The position numbers and the translations under genes are program-made. Under the pieces are notes generated by a model. That model was not told the DNA's origin. It made no database searches and worked only from the letters and a program-made list of their open reading frames with translations. From assembly GCA_035524455.1 (NCBI GenBank), contig DATKOU010000107.1, forward strand, positions 1-44,555: a stretch of DNA of 44,555 nt, read 5' to 3'. Positions 1 through 9,977 of the stretch are shown here, piece after piece; the first letter of the stretch is position 1; every line of letters starts with the position of its first letter. This DNA is from Thermodesulfovibrionales bacterium. Its GTDB lineage: Bacteria; Nitrospirota; Thermodesulfovibrionia; Thermodesulfovibrionales; UBA9159.

Positions 1-66
1 TAAGGCTAAGGTTCAGACAAAACAATACCCTACATTCCTCAACCTATATTTTTTCTTACTAACTAT

Positions 67-1503
67 TTACCGAAAAATGAGTTCCATCTGCTCCAGGTGT
101 TCCCCCGGGAAACTGATGGGATATTCATTATCGAAACATGCTCTGCAGAAATCTCCTGAATCAGGCACTATCTTTTTGAGGCCTTCGAGGGTCAGGTACG
201 CAAGGGAATCAGCGGTGATATATCTTCTTGTCTCTTCTATCTGATGGGTATAGGCGATGAGCTCCTGCCGCGTGGGCGTATCGATACCGTAGAAACAGGG
301 TCCGATAGTGGGTGGTGAACTTATCCTCATATGGACCTCCTTCGCGCCTCCCACCTCCCTGATCATCTTAATGATCTTCTTGCTTGTGGTGCCCCTCACA
401 ATGGAATCATCCACCACCACCACCCTCTTCCCTTCTAAAAGTTGTTTCACAGGATTGAGCTTTATCTTCACCCCGAAATGGCGTATGCTCTGTTTCGGCT
501 CGATGAAGGTCCGGCCCACGTAGTGGTTTCGTATAAGGCCGAAATCAAAATGGATGCCGCTTTCCTCAGAGTATCCTATGGCGGCCGGAACCCCGGAATC
601 AGGAACAGGGATCACAATGTCGGCATCCACAGGAAGCTCCCTCGCAAGCTGCCGCCCGAATTCCTTCCTCACCTCATTCACGTTCTGATACCCGAAGATG
701 TAACTGTCCGGGCGGGAGAAATAAATGAATTCAAATACGCAGTGCGCCTTTCTGGTGCCCGGGAGCGCCCTCACAGACCTCAGACCATTCTCATCTATGA
801 TGAGCATTTCTCCCGGCTCCACATCCCTTATATATGAGGCATTAATCAGGTCCAGGGCACAGGTCTCCGAGGCAACCACGTATGCGCCATCCACCTGTCC
901 GAGACAGAGAGGCCTTACACCGTACTGGTCCCTCACGGCAATGAGCTCCTTTTCCCTGAGGATGAGGAGACTGAAAGCGCCGCTCACCCTGCTCAGTGCC
1001 TGAATAATCCGGTCGTAGGGGTTGTCTCCCTTGGCATGGGCGATGAGGTGGACGATCACCTCGCTGTCTGATGTTGACTGAAAGATTGCTCCCTCATCCT
1101 CCAGCTCTTTCCTCAGTTCCGCGGCGTTCACGAGATTGCCGTTATGCGCAAGGGCAAGGGGGCCGAGGGCAAAATTCGCCATGATGGGCTGCACATTCTT
1201 CAGTACGCTGCTTCCTGCAGTGGAATAACGGTTGTGTCCAATGGCCAGATAGCCGGGGAGTCTCTTAAGTCTCTTCTCGCTAAAGATATCCGCAACAAGG
1301 CCCATGGACTTTTCGAGATAGAGTTGCTTGCCGTCAGAAGAACAGATGCCCGCTCCTTCCTGTCCCCGGTGCTGGAGGGCGTAAAGGCCGAGGTAGGTGA
1401 GGTTAGAGGCCTCGGGATGGTTAAACACGCCGAATACCCCGCATTCCTCATGGATATCGTGGAACATATGCCGTAACAAAGCGTTCACCTGCACATCCCT
1501 CAC
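67..1503 (-). CDS. purF: Amidophosphoribosyltransferase (glutamine PRPP amidotransferase)
   Basis: N-terminus has ...[10 protein letters not shown], an Ntn catalytic Cys after a short propeptide as in B. subtilis-type PurF. PRPP loop [14 protein letters not shown]-terminal Cys residues ([18 protein letters not shown]) fit the 4Fe-4S type. GTG start preceded by AGGAG. Confidence 0.95.
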   Translation of the reverse strand: MRDVQVNALLRHMFHDIHEECGVFGVFNHPEASNLTYLGLYALQHRGQEGAGICSSDGKQLYLEKSMGLVADIFSEKRLKRLPGYLAIGHNRYSTAGSSVLKNVQPIMANFALGPLALAHNGNLVNAAELRKELEDEGAIFQSTSDSEVIVHLIAHAKGDNPYDRIIQALSRVSGAFSLLILREKELIAVRDQYGVRPLCLGQVDGAYVVASETCALDLINASYIRDVEPGEMLIIDENGLRSVRALPGTRKAHCVFEFIYFSRPDSYIFGYQNVNEVRKEFGRQLARELPVDADIVIPVPDSGVPAAIGYSEESGIHFDFGLIRNHYVGRTFIEPKQSIRHFGVKIKLNPVKQLLEGKRVVVVDDSIVRGTTSKKIIKMIREVGGAKEVHMRISSPPTIGPCFYGIDTPTRQELIAYTHQIEETRRYITADSLAYLTLEGLKKIVPDSGDFCRACFDNEYPISFPGEHLEQMELIFR

Positions 1504-1509
1504 AGTCTC

Positions 1510-2193
1510 CTAGGATTTCTCGGATGGAAAACGAATGTACTTCTCCCAGTATGCCAAAAGTTCCCTTGTGGCCCTGAGATCGCCAAAACAGTATTTCGCG
1601 ATTTCGAGATATTTGCCCGATGAATAGAGATCCTTCACCTCATATCCGGTGATGCCCTCGGATTTGGGGCTCTTGATACCAAAGGTCCTGCACCACATGT
1701 CCAGGCTGAACTTTCTTCTGGATGCGCCGTAAAAGGTGAGCTGGTCAAAGAGATCAATATGCGGACCACTATACCTATTCGGCATGAGGTCCCTGGACGG
1801 CTTTATCTTGTGCACTGCGGACCGTATCATGATAAAGGGACAGTCAAAGGACCTCCCGTTAAAGGTAATGATCTGGTCATACCCTTTTATGAGCTCCCAG
1901 AATTTCTGGATGATCCCCGGCTCAGTGCCGGTCTCGAAGTGTATTGCGTCCTCTTCAAAGGGTAAAAGGGGATTTTGAGGTGCCTGAAAATATACCGCGC
2001 CCTTCATGGTATCGGGATTGAGCATCCCGATGGCCACGATCTCACCCGTGAGGGGATAAAAGGAGAGGCTGTCCTTCACCTCCTGAATATCCTCCTCTGT
2101 CTCTGCCCACTTGAGGAGATAGTCCTGTGTGGTCTTGTCAAAAGACCCGAAATCCCTCCCCACGGTCTCTATATCAACGATAATCCTTGACAT
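1510..2193 (-). CDS. Predicted DEDDy-type 3'-5' exonuclease (RNase H-like fold, PolB-exonuclease-like)
   Basis: ExoI-like IVDIETVG, ExoII-like ITFNGRSFDCPF and ExoIII-like YCFGDLRATRELL motifs occur in the right order. GAGGA Shine-Dalgarno (SD) before the ATG. Confidence 0.6.
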   Translation of the reverse strand: MSRIIVDIETVGRDFGSFDKTTQDYLLKWAETEEDIQEVKDSLSFYPLTGEIVAIGMLNPDTMKGAVYFQAPQNPLLPFEEDAIHFETGTEPGIIQKFWELIKGYDQIITFNGRSFDCPFIMIRSAVHKIKPSRDLMPNRYSGPHIDLFDQLTFYGASRRKFSLDMWCRTFGIKSPKSEGITGYEVKDLYSSGKYLEIAKYCFGDLRATRELLAYWEKYIRFPSEKS

Positions 2194-2285
2194 TTCCTCA
2201 TTTGCCAGCAGGCAGTAGTCAGGAAAATATCCTCAATTCACTACTTACGACTTACTCCTCTCGATTTCCTGTTTCCTGTTCGTTC

Positions 2286-3590
2286 TTATGATGCCTTAGG
2301 CAGCTCCTTGAATACCTTCCATGTCTTAAGCAGGTCTATCGCCCTCTGCAACTGGACATCATCCTTTTCAGATACCTCCAGGGGAGCCATCTCCTGCTCA
2401 GTCTTGCTTTTTTCTTCCTCTTTCTCATTCTTGAGATGTCTCTCCAGATCTTTTTCCCTCACCACGGTATGTTCCTTTATCCCATTCTTTGCTTCGATCT
2501 TCACGACAATATCGGGCGTGATACCGGTTGACTGTATGGAAGTGCCACTGGGCGTGTAGTAGCGCGCTGTGGTCAGCCTGAGACCGGAACCATCGCTAAG
2601 GGGTATCACGCTCTGGACAGAACCCTTGCCAAAGGTCTGGGCTCCCAGTATCACGGCCCTGCGCCAATCTTTGAGTGCCCCTGCCACGATCTCCGACGCA
2701 CTGGCACTGCCCTGATTCACGAGCACCACCATACTCGGTTTGTCATAATAGGTATAATTCCCCCCTGTACGGTATTCGTTCTTCTCTCCTGCCCTGTCTT
2801 TTATATACACCACGAGCTTCCCTGGGGGAAGGAACTGGCTTGTCACATCAACCGCACTATTGAGAAGCCCGCCGGGATCGTTCCTGAGATCGAGAACAAG
2901 GGAATTGACATTTTCTGAGGTGAGCTGTGAAAGGGCTTTTGAAAGGTCAGAAGCGGTCTGTTCCTGAAACTGGGTAAGCTTAATATACCCTATCCCTTCC
3001 TCCAGTACCTTGTACTTTACGCTCTTTATCTTGATAATTTCCCTTATGAGAGTGAACTCCTTGGGCTCATTCCATCCCTCTCTCATAATGGTAATCTTCA
3101 CTGATGTCCCCTTGGGTCCCCTCATCTTGTTCACTGCATCCAGCAGTCCCATATCCCTTGTGATTTCGTCATTAATCTTGACTATCCTGTCACCCGCCTT
3201 TATCCCTGCCTTGTATGCAGGGGTGTCCTCAATGGGAGCTATTACGGTGAGGACATTGTCCTTAATGCCTATCTGTATGCCGAGACCGCCAAACTCGCCC
3301 TTGGTGTCGACCTGCATCTCCTTGTACGCCTCAGGGTTCATGAAGCCCGAATGGGGATCGAGGGCATTGACCATTCCCTTGATTGCGCCATACACAAGGT
3401 CCTTGGTTTTTGTTTCCTCCACGTAATTTTTTTTCACTATGGAAAGCGCCTCGGTGAATATCTTGATGCTCTCGTATCCTTCAACCTCGGCGTTTACAAG
3501 CCCCACTGACCACCTTCCCACCGCAATACCCGATACGGCAATGGTAAAGACCAAAGCCAAGGTAATCAGCATCTTCCTTTTCGTAATCAT
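2286..3590 (-). CDS. ctpA: Carboxy-terminal processing peptidase, family S41, with PDZ domain
   Basis: N-terminal membrane anchor, a PDZ-like GLGIQIG...GDRIVKIN segment, and S41 motifs VLVNQGSASASEI and TFGKGSVQ. Sits directly downstream of envC-ftsEX, a common arrangement. Confidence 0.9.
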   Translation of the reverse strand: MITKRKMLITLALVFTIAVSGIAVGRWSVGLVNAEVEGYESIKIFTEALSIVKKNYVEETKTKDLVYGAIKGMVNALDPHSGFMNPEAYKEMQVDTKGEFGGLGIQIGIKDNVLTVIAPIEDTPAYKAGIKAGDRIVKINDEITRDMGLLDAVNKMRGPKGTSVKITIMREGWNEPKEFTLIREIIKIKSVKYKVLEEGIGYIKLTQFQEQTASDLSKALSQLTSENVNSLVLDLRNDPGGLLNSAVDVTSQFLPPGKLVVYIKDRAGEKNEYRTGGNYTYYDKPSMVVLVNQGSASASEIVAGALKDWRRAVILGAQTFGKGSVQSVIPLSDGSGLRLTTARYYTPSGTSIQSTGITPDIVVKIEAKNGIKEHTVVREKDLERHLKNEKEEEKSKTEQEMAPLEVSEKDDVQLQRAIDLLKTWKVFKELPKAS

Positions 3591-3607
3591 CCTTCTTTAT
3601 CCTCCGT

Positions 3608-4804
3608 CTATTTTCTCTTCAGCCACTGCATGGGATCGAGGGGTTTCCCTTTATAGCGCACCTCAAAATACAGAGAAGGGGCATTCACAATTCCTGATTC
3701 CCCCACTTTGCCCACTGCATCCTTAATCTTTATTATATCTCCAACTTTCAAAAAAGTCTCTGAGAGATTTCCATAGAGTGTGTGATACCCCTCCCCATGG
3801 TTAATGATCACAAGATTGCCATACCCCTTAAACCAGTCCGCAAAGACCACCTTGCCGGCATACACTGCCTTCACTGAATCCTCATCACTCTTGATATAGA
3901 TACCGTTTCTGAAGACCGGGGTGTTGAATTTGGGATCCCTCTGGCTCCCGTAGGGAATGGCCACTTTTCCGTTCACAGGCCAGATGAGGTTCCCCCTCAG
4001 CCCTGAAAAGCCCTTTGCCTCATAGGTATCCTTTTCTTCAAGCTTCCTCAGCACATCAAGGAGCCGTTTGGAAGCCTCCTGAAGCTCCTTGAGCAATTTT
4101 TCTTGTGATGCCTTTTCCTTCCTCACCGATGCGAGGATGATTTCCTTGTCCTTTTTTGTTTCCGAGAGCGACGCCTCTATGGGCTTGAGCCTTTCCTGAC
4201 CTTTCTTCAGCTCTGCACGGAGACCCTGCAGCTGTTTTTCCTTTCTGTCCAGTGACCTGAGGTTCTCCGCAAATTGCTCAATGATCTTCCGATCCTTCAT
4301 GGCAATGCGTTCGAGATACTTCCACCTTCTTACAAGGGCTGCCAGGTCATCCGTTGCAGCGAGAAGAAAGAGGATATCCCCCGATTGCCCATACCGCTGC
4401 ATGGCCTGGAGTCTTCTTTTGAGCCATGCCCTCTCTTTCTCCAGTTCTCCCTCAATCACGGATATCTCGTGCTCAACCCTTCCGATCTCTGACTCGGTCT
4501 CCCTTATGCGCTGCTGCTGCTTTTTTAACTCCGCCTCAATGGTACTGAGACTCCTGCTCACATGGTCAAGGTCTTCAAGGACCGAACGCTCACGCTTTTT
4601 TGCGTGCTCGAGTCTCTGTTTTCGGGTCTCCATTTCTTTTTGGAGTTTCTGGTATTGTTCTTTCGCATCTTCAGCAGAAACAATGTCCGGGAAGAGAAGG
4701 CCTGAAAAGAAGGACCAGGGAAAAAAGAACAGGAGAAATGCAGCATACCACATCAGGTGCTTGAAGTAACGGACTCCTACAATGTTGCTCTGCGCATTGT
4801 GCAT
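3608..4804 (-). CDS. envC: EnvC-like murein hydrolase activator (coiled coil plus M23/LytM domain)
   Basis: A long heptad-rich coiled coil is followed by an M23-type C-terminus (GIYIKS..., INHGEGYHTLYGNL). I chose the start at M24 of the track ORF (4804) so that the gene does not overlap ftsX. Confidence 0.85.
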   Translation of the reverse strand: MHNAQSNIVGVRYFKHLMWYAAFLLFFFPWSFFSGLLFPDIVSAEDAKEQYQKLQKEMETRKQRLEHAKKRERSVLEDLDHVSRSLSTIEAELKKQQQRIRETESEIGRVEHEISVIEGELEKERAWLKRRLQAMQRYGQSGDILFLLAATDDLAALVRRWKYLERIAMKDRKIIEQFAENLRSLDRKEKQLQGLRAELKKGQERLKPIEASLSETKKDKEIILASVRKEKASQEKLLKELQEASKRLLDVLRKLEEKDTYEAKGFSGLRGNLIWPVNGKVAIPYGSQRDPKFNTPVFRNGIYIKSDEDSVKAVYAGKVVFADWFKGYGNLVIINHGEGYHTLYGNLSETFLKVGDIIKIKDAVGKVGESGIVNAPSLYFEVRYKGKPLDPMQWLKRK

Positions 4805-4814
4805 TGTTACCTTA

Positions 4815-5684
4815 CTAAAATTTAATCCTCCCCATGGCGATAAAGGAACCGGTAATCCCGAGGAACAGACCAATGAGGGGAAGAGGCAGGAACAGCTCTG
4901 CGGGGAATACCACAGTCCTCACTATGGGCAGGGTAGCACTCAATTGGCGGAACACACTAAGGTAAAATGTGATAACGACAATCATACTGAGCACTCCCCC
5001 CACGACCCCGATGACGGCCCCTTCTATCACAAACGGGGTTCTGATAAACGCCCTGGTTGCTCCAAGCAGTTTGAGTGTCTCGATCTCTTCCTTTCTACGG
5101 TAAAAGAGTATCTTCACCGTGCTATAACAGATGAAAATGATCCCGGAAGTCGTTACCAAAGTAAGAATGAGACCGATGGTTTCCATCGCGGTCTTAAGGG
5201 AATGAATGGAGAGGAGAAATTTCTCCCCATACTGCACATCCTCGATACCCTCTATCTTTTTCATGGAATTCACGAACGTCTTTACCGACTCGGGTCCCAT
5301 CGCTTCTTTCTTGAACCGTATTTCTATGGATGCGGGTAATGGGTTCTCATTCAACCCCTCGAGGACATATTCGGCATCCTTAAGGGATGTTCTTAGCTCC
5401 TTCAATGCTTCGGCCTTTGATATGTATTTCACCTTCTCTATTCCGTTCCGTTCCTTGAGGGAGGCAATGATGTCCTGGGCCTGCTGCTCATTTACCCGGT
5501 CACCGAGATAGGCCACAATGAAAAACCGCTCGGGAAGTTTTCTTGCAAAGAGGTTGATATTATAGATGGTCGATACCATAAGGGTGATCACCAGTAATCC
5601 CATGGCGATAGTGAGCATGGAAAGGAAGTTGATCCACTTTTCGTGCCACAGGCTCTGGAGCGCAATTCTCAGTGAATAGGGCAT
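4815..5684 (-). CDS. ftsX: Cell division ABC transporter permease FtsX
   Basis: TM1, a large periplasmic loop and three C-terminal TM helices. Immediately downstream of ftsE. Confidence 0.9.
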   Translation of the reverse strand: MPYSLRIALQSLWHEKWINFLSMLTIAMGLLVITLMVSTIYNINLFARKLPERFFIVAYLGDRVNEQQAQDIIASLKERNGIEKVKYISKAEALKELRTSLKDAEYVLEGLNENPLPASIEIRFKKEAMGPESVKTFVNSMKKIEGIEDVQYGEKFLLSIHSLKTAMETIGLILTLVTTSGIIFICYSTVKILFYRRKEEIETLKLLGATRAFIRTPFVIEGAVIGVVGGVLSMIVVITFYLSVFRQLSATLPIVRTVVFPAELFLPLPLIGLFLGITGSFIAMGRIKF

Positions 5685-5687
5685 TGG

Positions 5688-6350
5688 CTACCCCTTCTCC
5701 TCCCGCACCAGGGAGGCGTTATCAAGCCTGAGGATCCTCAAACCCGTGTCTTTGAACAGATTGGGATTGTGGGTTGCGATAAGGATCGTGGTGCCCTTTG
5801 CGTTGATCTCCCTGAATATCCTCATGATTCCCGCGGCAGTGTCGGGATCGAGGTTCCCTGTGGGTTCATCAGCAAGCAGAATAGTGGGGTTGCCCACAAT
5901 GGCCCTCGCAATGACTACTCTCTGCTGCTCTCCCCCTGAAAGGGCAGAAGGAAGATTGTCCGCCTTATGCCGGAGATTCACCATCTTGAGGGCATCAAGC
6001 ACCTGGGCTTTCACCTCTCTCTCGGGGACCCGCCTTACCCTGAGGGTCAACGCGATATTATCAAAGACATTTCTATTAAGCAAAAGCCTGAAGTCCTGAA
6101 AGACGATCCCGATGGTCCTCCTCAACTTCGGAATTGTCGAACCGTTCAGCCTCGCAGTATCCCATGTCGCAACTGATATTCTGCCGCTATCAGGCATCTC
6201 TGCAGCATAAATGAGTTTGAGAAGGGTGCTCTTGCCTGCACCGCTCGGGCCGGTAAGGAAGAGCATCTCGCCTTTCTCGATGAGAAGATTAATGTTTCTG
6301 AGGGCAGTGACCGTATCGTAAAATTTTGATACCTCCTGAAACTCTATCAT
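5688..6350 (-). CDS. ftsE: Cell division ATP-binding protein FtsE
   Basis: Walker A GPSGAGKST, ABC signature LSGGEQQR, Walker B ILLADEPTGNLD. Confidence 0.95.
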   Translation of the reverse strand: MIEFQEVSKFYDTVTALRNINLLIEKGEMLFLTGPSGAGKSTLLKLIYAAEMPDSGRISVATWDTARLNGSTIPKLRRTIGIVFQDFRLLLNRNVFDNIALTLRVRRVPEREVKAQVLDALKMVNLRHKADNLPSALSGGEQQRVVIARAIVGNPTILLADEPTGNLDPDTAAGIMRIFREINAKGTTILIATHNPNLFKDTGLRILRLDNASLVREEKG

Positions 6351-7312
6351 AAGGATGTCTTGATCGTGTTCACAATAGCGTCCGGGGTGAGCCCGTAGAA
6401 CTCCAGCAATTCCTCAGGTTTGCCCGAACGGCCAAAGGTGTCCCCCACCCCAATGCGCCTCACTTTCACCGGGTGTTTTTCTGAAAGGATCTCACTCACC
6501 GCGCTTCCCAGCCCTCCTATTACCGAATGTTCCTCCACAGTAACGATAAGCCCGGATGATTCTGCCGCCCTGAGTACCGCCTCTGCATCGAGGGGTTTAA
6601 TTGTGGAGATATTGATGACCCCCACATCAAGCCCCTCTGATTTCAGTATCTGTCGTGCCTCAAGGGATGCGGAGACCATGATCCCTGTGGCAATGATAGT
6701 TGCGTCCTTTCCCAGGTGAAATATATGTGCCTTGCCCAGCTGAAACCGGTAACTCTCAGGCGTCACCAGGGGCACCTTCATCCTCCCCAGCCTCACATAT
6801 ACAGGCCCTTCATAGTCGGCGATGGAATAGATCACCTGCTCGGTTTCCCTTCCGTCCGCAGGTACGATTACAGTCATATTGGGCAGTACCCTCATGAGGG
6901 CAATATCCATCAGTGCCTGATGGGATGCCCCATCCTCACCCACCGTAATCCCCGCATGTGTGGCAACAAGCTTTACATTGAGATTTGAGTAGCAGATGGT
7001 CTGTCGTATCTGTTCCCATGCCCTTCCTGTCTCAAATACGGCAAACGTGGACGCAAAGGGAAGTTTCCCGGCCAGGGAGAATCCCCCGGCAGTTCCTATC
7101 ATATCCTGCTCTGATATTCCCAGATTGAAGAATCGCTCAGGAAAGGCTTTGGCAAACTTCGCGGTCTTTGTGGAGCCCGAAAGATCTGCATCCAGTACCA
7201 CCACATCGCCCCTCTTTTTCCCGAGCTCCAGAAGGGCAGCGCCATAAGCATCCCGCGTAGCCAATGCCTGGGACGTTCCTCCCGGTGAGGGAGAACCTTT
7301 TCTCTCGCCCAT
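6347..7312 (-). CDS. Transketolase, C-terminal (pyrimidine-binding) subunit
   Basis: Half-size transketolase with the Pyr-binding and C-terminal domains (GISEQDMIGTAGG, HAGITVGEDGASHQ). Overlaps the stop of the N-terminal subunit gene. Confidence 0.9.
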   Translation of the reverse strand: MGERKGSPSPGGTSQALATRDAYGAALLELGKKRGDVVVLDADLSGSTKTAKFAKAFPERFFNLGISEQDMIGTAGGFSLAGKLPFASTFAVFETGRAWEQIRQTICYSNLNVKLVATHAGITVGEDGASHQALMDIALMRVLPNMTVIVPADGRETEQVIYSIADYEGPVYVRLGRMKVPLVTPESYRFQLGKAHIFHLGKDATIIATGIMVSASLEARQILKSEGLDVGVINISTIKPLDAEAVLRAAESSGLIVTVEEHSVIGGLGSAVSEILSEKHPVKVRRIGVGDTFGRSGKPEELLEFYGLTPDAIVNTIKTSL

Positions 7313-8142
7313 TATTTCAGCTCCTCCAATGCTCTGTCCCGCTCTTCCCTTGTGGGTGCAATACCATGATACTCTGCCTTGCCCTCGAAGAAGGACACCC
7401 CCTTCCCCTTCACCGTTCTTGCCACAATCACGCTGGGTCTGCCCTTTACCCTTTCTGCCTCATCCAGGGCATCAACAATCTGCTCCATCGCATGTCCATC
7501 AATGTCCATGACATGCCATCCAAAGGCCTTCCATTTCTCGGTGATGGGCTCGATCTTCATCACATCGCAGCAAAAACCGTCTATCTGTAAACCGTTGTTG
7601 TCCACTATGGCACAAAGATTGTCAATCCCGTAATGGACAGCAGTCATGGCAGCCTCCCATACCTGGCCCTCCTGGAGCTCACCGTCACCCAAAAGACAAT
7701 ATACCCTTGACCCGAGGCCGTCCATCCTCAGGCCCATGGCCATCCCATTGGCAATGGATAACCCTTGTCCAAGGGAGCCTGTGGATATCTCCACCCCTTT
7801 GAGCATCTTCGAACTGGGATGTCCCTGGAGCGGACTGTCAATCCTCCGGAGCGTCTTGAGAAGTTCCCTGTCAAAATATCCGCTAAGGGCGAGGGCCGCA
7901 TAGAGAACCGGAGCTGCATGGCCTTTGGAGAGAACAAACCTGTCCCTCTCTCTCCATTCAGGCTCCTCCGGCCTGTGCCTCATCTTATAAAAGTAGAGCG
8001 CTGCCACAATATCAGCAGCAGAAAGGGAGCCGCCCGTGTGGCCTGATCCCGCCTCGGTGAGCATCTTCACGATCTCTCTCCTCACCTCCTTTGCGCGCTC
8101 GCGCAAAAGACCGACATCCCTTGTAGCTGTGATCCGGCTCAC
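7312..8142 (-). CDS. Transketolase, N-terminal (TPP-binding) subunit
   Basis: GHTGGSLSAADI, SKGHAAP and the TPP motif LLGDGELQEGQVWEA. Confidence 0.9.
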   Translation of the reverse strand: MSRITATRDVGLLRERAKEVRREIVKMLTEAGSGHTGGSLSAADIVAALYFYKMRHRPEEPEWRERDRFVLSKGHAAPVLYAALALSGYFDRELLKTLRRIDSPLQGHPSSKMLKGVEISTGSLGQGLSIANGMAMGLRMDGLGSRVYCLLGDGELQEGQVWEAAMTAVHYGIDNLCAIVDNNGLQIDGFCCDVMKIEPITEKWKAFGWHVMDIDGHAMEQIVDALDEAERVKGRPSVIVARTVKGKGVSFFEGKAEYHGIAPTREERDRALEELK

Positions 8143-8540
8143 CCGTTCTTTACCTTCTTTGAAATATGTTCAAGGAGAATCTCATCAAGGCTCTTGGGAG
8201 CCTTATTCTTGCTCTCGCTCTTCTCCGGCATCACCGCACTCTTCTCCCCAGGCTGGGGAATGGGTTCCTGCTTATCTCCGGGCAGCTTCGCCTCGCCCTT
8301 CCCTGTGAGCAGTTCCTTTATCGCTTCCCTGTGCTGGAGCTTCATAAGGTTCTTGAGCTGTTTTTCGAAATCAGGACTCCCGATAATATGGGCATAACTT
8401 GTCTTGACCGAGCGAAGGATCGCACCCTGGTGATAGAGGAGTGTCACAATGGAATGGCTCTTCAGACCGCTGTCCTCTGTCTGGACATGGTATTGCCTCC
8501 CCTTATGGGAAATATTCGTATTGTAACCGATAAGCATCAA
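8139..8540 (-). CDS. Hypothetical protein with a small N-terminal domain (YHVQTEDSG) and a Lys/Pro/Glu-rich tail
   Basis: The ORF overlaps the transketolase start by 4 nt, so it is probably co-translated. I recognise no catalytic motif. Confidence 0.5.
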   Translation of the reverse strand: MMLIGYNTNISHKGRQYHVQTEDSGLKSHSIVTLLYHQGAILRSVKTSYAHIIGSPDFEKQLKNLMKLQHREAIKELLTGKGEAKLPGDKQEPIPQPGEKSAVMPEKSESKNKAPKSLDEILLEHISKKVKNG

Positions 8541-8658
8541 AACTCTCGCTGCTCAGGGTTATGCAACGCACTGAACCATTACGAGAGATATTATATACTT
8601 CATTCCCCGGGAGATACAAGTGAGAGGAGAATAAGGCCGGAAAGCGTGAAAAACTCCG

Positions 8659-9225
8659 CTACCTCTTTCTTTCGTACCGTTCCATCACATAGAACATGCC
8701 CCCTGCCATGAGATAGACAAAGGCCATCACCACCCAGTGGCTGATGCCCAGGACCGAGGGAATGGTAGCTCCTTCCATGGGTGACGAGAAGTAGAACCCT
8801 TCAATCGCGGGATACACAACCGCAAACACCAGAGATCCTGCCCCTATCCCGCCCATGGTCACCAGGGCGTCCAACCTCCCTGTGGCAAAACCAGCTACCG
8901 CTGTTCCTGGGCAGTACCCGCTGAACAGGAATCCTATGCCGAAGAGCGCCCCTCCCACCAGCTGGGGCCAGAAGAAGGCGGGGACAATCCATATCCTGTT
9001 CATGTCAAGAACCTTGAGGTCCGAAAGGAGATAAAGCCCTGTAGCGGCAACCAGCATTCCGGTAAACATGACCTTGGGGACACTGAAGTCAGTAAGGTAA
9101 AAAACCCCTGTAAGCTTGTGGGGGTCACCCAGACCTCCCCTCTCCAGAAAAAGACCGAAGAAAAAACCGAGGATCACCGCCAGCACAAGGCCTGCGGTAT
9201 GGCTTACCATAAAGGGTGCGCTCAT
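8659..9225 (-). CDS. YeeE/YedE-family sulfur-compound transport protein, second half-size subunit
   Basis: Multi-TM protein with the family Cys motif SGYCPGTAVAG. The start chosen at 9225 forms an ATGA overlap with the upstream gene's stop and has AGGAGG 8 nt upstream. The longer track ORF would overlap the upstream gene by 124 nt. Confidence 0.8.
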   Translation of the reverse strand: MSAPFMVSHTAGLVLAVILGFFFGLFLERGGLGDPHKLTGVFYLTDFSVPKVMFTGMLVAATGLYLLSDLKVLDMNRIWIVPAFFWPQLVGGALFGIGFLFSGYCPGTAVAGFATGRLDALVTMGGIGAGSLVFAVVYPAIEGFYFSSPMEGATIPSVLGISHWVVMAFVYLMAGGMFYVMERYERKR

Positions 9226-9731
9226 GACCATAACCTCCTGAACAATGCCGCGGCAGCAAAGCCGCCCACAAACATTGCGATTACAAAAACCCAGCCAGCT
9301 ATTGCGAGCTGAGCCCCTCCTGACAGTGCCACCCCGCTGGTGCATCCCCTTGCAAGCCTGCTCGCAAAGCCTATAAGGATACCCCCTCCAAACGCGCTCA
9401 TCAGCCTTGTTCCAGTACTCATATGCTCAGCCTTATCGAATCTCACCCTGAAGTTTCCGCCTGCAACGGATCCCACAAGGGCACCCACGAAAAGTCCCAT
9501 GATCTCAAAAAGCACCCAGTTCAGTAGCGGTGCTTCAACATTCAGATATTGAGAAAAATAGGTTATTTTGTGGGCGTATGCCGGACTGAGTTTGTCCAGA
9601 CCGACCCCTGTTAGGAGAGAAAAGGCACTGGAAGCGCCCAGACCCCATCCCACGATAACAAAGGTTGCGAGGAGCGTTAAGCCGAGACCTGCCCCTGCTA
9701 TATAAGGTGACCAGAAATTATCATTTTTCAT
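9222..9731 (-). CDS. YeeE/YedE-family sulfur-compound transport protein, first half-size subunit
   Basis: Multi-TM protein with the family Cys motif LARGCTSGVALSGG. I chose the start at the third in-frame ATG (9731), which has GGAGG 5 nt upstream. Confidence 0.8.
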   Translation of the reverse strand: MKNDNFWSPYIAGAGLGLTLLATFVIVGWGLGASSAFSLLTGVGLDKLSPAYAHKITYFSQYLNVEAPLLNWVLFEIMGLFVGALVGSVAGGNFRVRFDKAEHMSTGTRLMSAFGGGILIGFASRLARGCTSGVALSGGAQLAIAGWVFVIAMFVGGFAAAALFRRLWS

Positions 9732-9949
9732 ACCAACCTCCATAGAGTCCACTGACCCCTCTTATGCTGTATCTCTTCTTTGCTACCACCTTAGTATCCT
9801 CACACAGCCTCAGAGTTGCTTTGTTGCTAAACTTACTAACCATTTTACAATTATATCACTGAAAAATCGACAACACAACACCAAGATAATATCAGGAGAG
9901 GGGATGATAGGAAAAGGACAAGTTATGGCTTTCGGGAAGGGAGACAAGT

Positions 9950-9973
9950 GAGAGGGGACATTGTCCCCCTCTC
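9950..9973 (-). terminator. GC-rich stem-loop 4 nt after the outer-membrane-protein stop codon (possible terminator or mRNA stabilizer)
   Basis: GAGAGGGGAC / GTCCCCCTCTC gives a 10-bp stem with one bulged C and a 3-nt loop. No clear U-tract follows, so intrinsic termination is uncertain. Confidence 0.4.
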
Positions 9974-9977
9974 ATCC

